Shown one piece after another: positions 60,930-64,000 of a DNA stretch of 64,000 nucleotides (its first letter is position 1; the number at the start of each line of letters is the position of its first letter). Under the pieces are notes generated by a model. That model had not been told where the DNA came from. It did not search any database and saw only the letters and a list, made by a program, of their open reading frames with translations. Position numbers and translations under genes: made by a program. The stretch is from Promethearchaeota archaeon. GTDB lineage: Archaea > Asgardarchaeota > Lokiarchaeia > Sigyniarchaeales > SOKP01. The DNA is taken from the NCBI GenBank assembly GCA_019058445.1, contig JAHPZA010000006.1:96001-160000 (forward strand). Direction: 5' to 3'.

Positions 60930-61817
60930 TTAGATATTAATAGTACCTTCTTTTAGGCCTAACATTTTACGAGTTTCGTCTGGCGTCGCGGGTTCCCTGC
61001 CTGCTAATTCTGCCACTTTTACGGCCCATTCGACTTGCTCCCAAGAACCTTTTGCCAATTCACCTTTTATATTTCGAATATTATCCTCTAATCCAACTCG
61101 AATGTGTCCTCCTAAAGCTGCTGCACATAATCCCGCCTCAAATTGTTGATGAGCAACTCCACAGACTGACCACGTAGCATCTGGAGGTTTATGATTTAAA
61201 AAATATTGTAGAGTATTAATCGTAAATGGCAGACCACCCAAAACGCCAAAGACGAACTGGAAATGAAGAGGTTCCACTAGAATTTTCTTCATCTGTAGAA
61301 AGGCAATATTTTGCAGCCCTCCTGCGTCGTAAATTTCTATTTCTGGTTTGGTACCAGCTTTCTTCATCGCTTTGGCAAGACGGCCGATAAGTCGAAATGT
61401 ATTACTAAAAATCGTCTCGACTACAACATCACCCGTTTTCCAATTTCCAACTCCAAAATTCATTGAGGCTGAATTTAATGAAGCCAGCTCAGGTCCAAAC
61501 TCCTTAATAGGAGCGATTCGTTCCTTATCCGTAGCATTAATACTAATCGCAGAACTTAGGTTTATTAAAATTTCGGGACACTCTTCTTTTATAGCCTTTA
61601 AAATCGATCTATAAAATTTGAGCTCAGGAGTTGCCACCTGAGTTTCAGGATCTCTCATATGAAGGTGTACGATAGCTGCTCCTGCTTCATAGCATTTTTT
61701 GCATTCTGCAGCATACTCTTCAGGTGTGATGGGGATCGCGGGATTCTGTTCCTTCCTGGTCACCGCTCCGCACAATGCTGCTGATATTATACATTTATTG
61801 GATAAATCTTCAGACAT
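60930..61817 (-). CDS. Beta-keto acid cleavage enzyme (BKACE/Kce, DUF849), copy 1
   Basis: NPAIPITPEE, AGAAIVHLHMRD, SLNSASMNF, KPEIEIYD and GGHIRVGLEDN. Confidence 0.9.
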   Translation of the reverse strand: MSEDLSNKCIISAALCGAVTRKEQNPAIPITPEEYAAECKKCYEAGAAIVHLHMRDPETQVATPELKFYRSILKAIKEECPEILINLSSAISINATDKERIAPIKEFGPELASLNSASMNFGVGNWKTGDVVVETIFSNTFRLIGRLAKAMKKAGTKPEIEIYDAGGLQNIAFLQMKKILVEPLHFQFVFGVLGGLPFTINTLQYFLNHKPPDATWSVCGVAHQQFEAGLCAAALGGHIRVGLEDNIRNIKGELAKGSWEQVEWAVKVAELAGREPATPDETRKMLGLKEGTINI

Positions 61818-62113
61818 TTAATTTTCTCACTTTTTTAAAATTTTATAATTTTAAGGATTAATTAATTGATTAAAATATTGGTTTTTTCATATTTAAACTT
61901 TAAAAATAGACTGAGTTTTATTGGAAATTTATGTTAATTAGAATTTAACTGAGAACTTTATAACAAACAAATCAAATTCTTAAATTATAAGCGCAAATTG
62001 AATTTTCTAAGAAGTCTTTTGAATAAAAACTTTAATATGAAAAAAAATCATATCTAACATATCAATATTCTTTATAAAATAAATTTAAAATTAAAATATA
62101 AGAGATTAAAATT

Positions 62114-63253
62114 ATGAAAGTAGCAATTGTGGGAGTAGCCCAGACCAAATATGAGAGCAACAAAATCGATCAAACCTATATGGAGCTCACGTTTGAAGTT
62201 GTGAAGAAGCTTCACAATCAATTAGGAATAACAAACGATGACGTGGGTTCGGTAATCACTGGCTCTAACGATTTCACAGATGGTAGAACAATCGCTAATA
62301 TGGCAGTACAAGATGGTGTAGGATCCGTTCGCAAGTCGGAATCGAGAGTTTCGGGAGATGGAGCTTTTGCGTACGTTTACGCTGCTATGAGAGTTTTATC
62401 TCAGGAGTACGATACAGTTTTGGTAGTTTCGCATTCCAAGTGCTCCGAAGGGGATCAGTGCCTTATTAATAACTCAATTTTCGATCCCTTCTATCAGCGA
62501 CATTTGGGTTTGGACCAAATCTCTTCTGCTGGGTTGATGGCAAATATGTATATGAGTAAATATGGTATAACGGAAGAACAAGCGGCAAAGGTGGTAGTTA
62601 AAAACAGAAAAAATGCTTTTAACAATCCTTACGCTCATATACAGAAAGAGATAACTGTTGATGATGTTCTTAAATCGCCCATGTTAGCTTATCCATTAAA
62701 AGAATTAGATCTGCCTCCATATAGCGATGGTGCAGTAGCAATGCTCCTTGCTAATGAGGAAACCGCAAAAAAATTAACAGACACACCAGTATGGTTGAGG
62801 GGATACGCTAATTGTACTGACGCGTATTATCTAGGGAATAGAAACATGACGGATTTAATTGCATTAGAATTAGCAGCAAAGGAGGCCTACAAAATGGCGG
62901 GTATTAGCGATCCTATAAAAGATATAGATGTAGCTGAAGTGTCAGAAAATTTTAGTGCACACGAGCTTATGATTTACGAAGCCTTAGGTTTTTGCGGAAA
63001 GGGAGAAGGTGGAAAGTTTATTGATAGTGGAGAAACCCAAATGGGAGGAAAAATTCCCGTAAATCCTTCTGGAGGAGTATTATCAAGCAATGTGGCTATG
63101 GCAAATGGGTTAATTCGTGTAGCGGAGGTTGCTGAACAGTTAACGGGCAAAGCAGGAAAACGTCAAATACCTGATGCAAAAACAGGATTGGCATATGGGA
63201 TGAATGGAATATGTTCTCAAGGAAATTGCGTGTTAATTTTTGGAGGTGATTAA
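62114..63253 (+). CDS. Thiolase-fold protein, Ltp4-like, catalytically degenerate
   Basis: VAIVGVAQT, ESRVSGDGAFA (no Cys), DGAVA, AEVSENFS (no HD) and VNPSGGVLSSN (no His). Confidence 0.8.
   Translation: MKVAIVGVAQTKYESNKIDQTYMELTFEVVKKLHNQLGITNDDVGSVITGSNDFTDGRTIANMAVQDGVGSVRKSESRVSGDGAFAYVYAAMRVLSQEYDTVLVVSHSKCSEGDQCLINNSIFDPFYQRHLGLDQISSAGLMANMYMSKYGITEEQAAKVVVKNRKNAFNNPYAHIQKEITVDDVLKSPMLAYPLKELDLPPYSDGAVAMLLANEETAKKLTDTPVWLRGYANCTDAYYLGNRNMTDLIALELAAKEAYKMAGISDPIKDIDVAEVSENFSAHELMIYEALGFCGKGEGGKFIDSGETQMGGKIPVNPSGGVLSSNVAMANGLIRVAEVAEQLTGKAGKRQIPDAKTGLAYGMNGICSQGNCVLIFGGD
63242..63250 (+). promoter_or_regulatory. Shine-Dalgarno GGAGGTGAT
   Basis: Near-perfect anti-SD complement 7 nt upstream of the ATG at 63258, overlapping the end of the previous gene. 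Confidence 0.7.
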
Positions 63254-63257
63254 AAAA

Positions 63258-64000
63258 ATGCCTAAACATGATGTAGCAATAGTAGGAATTGGTCAAACTA
63301 AATTTAGAAGTAAGAGAAGGGATGTCAATATCCCCGAAATGATTTATGAAGCTGTAAAAGCAGCTCTTGATGATGCAAATCTAGAAATCAAAGATATAGA
63401 CGCTCTATTAATTGGGAATATGGATCATTTTGAGGGAATAAACTTTAGCGAGCTGTGGACAGGTATCGATGCGTGCGGATTTTATCTCAAACCTGTGGTT
63501 AAAATAGCTACGGGAGGCACTACGGGTTCCTCATTAGGTATAAGTGGATATTATAACATTGCTTCAGGGATATATGATAAAGTATTGGTTGTAGGATGGG
63601 AAAAGCTTAATGAGGGTGGAGCAACAACAGGAATAATTACTGCTTTCGACCCAGTTTGGGAGCGACCATCTTTAGCAGGAGCTTTAGGTCCACTTGCGCT
63701 TATGGCGAACATATATGCATCAAAATACGGGATAGAGCGTTCAATGGAAGCTTCAGCTGATGTGGTTGTGAAAAATCGATCAAACGCTGCAAATAACGAA
63801 TTTGCTCATTTACAGATGCCTAATATTACGACTGATTTTGTAATGAGTTCACAGATGATTAGCTATCCATTACGCTTACACGATTGTTGCCCTCAAAGTG
63901 AAGGAGCTTGCGCAGTAATTTACGCAAACGAGAACGAAGCTAAGAAAATCACAGATAATCCTGCTTGGTTTAAAGGCGTTTCAACGGCACACTATTATAC
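63258..64000 (+). CDS. Thiolase-fold protein, Ltp3-like (3'-truncated; missing from the ORF track)
   Basis: MPKHDVAIVGIGQTKF...KIATGGTTGSS (no Cys)...VGWEK...KNR...HDCCPQSEGACAV; the frame is open to the window end. Confidence 0.85.
   Translation, partial: MPKHDVAIVGIGQTKFRSKRRDVNIPEMIYEAVKAALDDANLEIKDIDALLIGNMDHFEGINFSELWTGIDACGFYLKPVVKIATGGTTGSSLGISGYYNIASGIYDKVLVVGWEKLNEGGATTGIITAFDPVWERPSLAGALGPLALMANIYASKYGIERSMEASADVVVKNRSNAANNEFAHLQMPNITTDFVMSSQMISYPLRLHDCCPQSEGACAVIYANENEAKKITDNPAWFKGVSTAHYY

Noticed and set aside
248-63296. Numerous 60-130 aa ORFs nested in or antisense to confident genes (e.g. 5099-5344, 13082-13330, 18340-18723, 33570-33890, 39308-39592, 57871-58119, 61348-61614)
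   Set aside because: Shadow ORFs of well-supported CDS.
1-64000. tRNA, rRNA, CRISPR arrays, transposases and integrases
   Set aside because: No cloverleaf-like GC-rich segments, regularly spaced repeats or recombinase motifs were seen by eye; tRNAscan or CRISPR finders would be needed to confirm.

Overview
A strongly AT-rich, gene-dense archaeal chromosomal segment with about 52 CDS. I saw no rRNA, tRNA, CRISPR array or transposase. The gene content points to an Asgard archaeon, most likely Lokiarchaeia (inference). It includes eukaryote-signature proteins (Rab-like small GTPase, RagA/Gtr1-like GTPase with a roadblock domain, a presenilin-like GxGD protease, two secernins), H4MPT C1 enzymes (mch, mtd, ftr), an FrhB-family protein, GlyRS, RecJ/GAN, a beta-CASP nuclease, purine salvage (2x MTAP, apt), glycogen synthase, glpD and many TPR/7TM proteins. 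Main observations: (1) an XPD/Rad3 helicase with an N-terminal TFS/Rpb9/RPC11-like zinc ribbon that might tether it to RNA polymerase; (2) a right-end acyl-CoA catabolic cluster made of an IVD/LCAD-type ACAD, three Cys-less Ltp-type thiolase-fold proteins, DUF35 and two BKACE enzymes, suggesting a thiolase-free route for branched or isoprenoid acyl chains; (3) two secernins in the same frame separated by a single TAA; (4) a SIR2-TPR protein; (5) an MTAP with a zinc-ribbon insertion next to an animal-like MTAP; (6) a TPR gene that needs a non-canonical (ATT) start or a 1-nt fix; (7) many adjacent paralog pairs. All family calls come from motif recognition by eye; no database searches were run.
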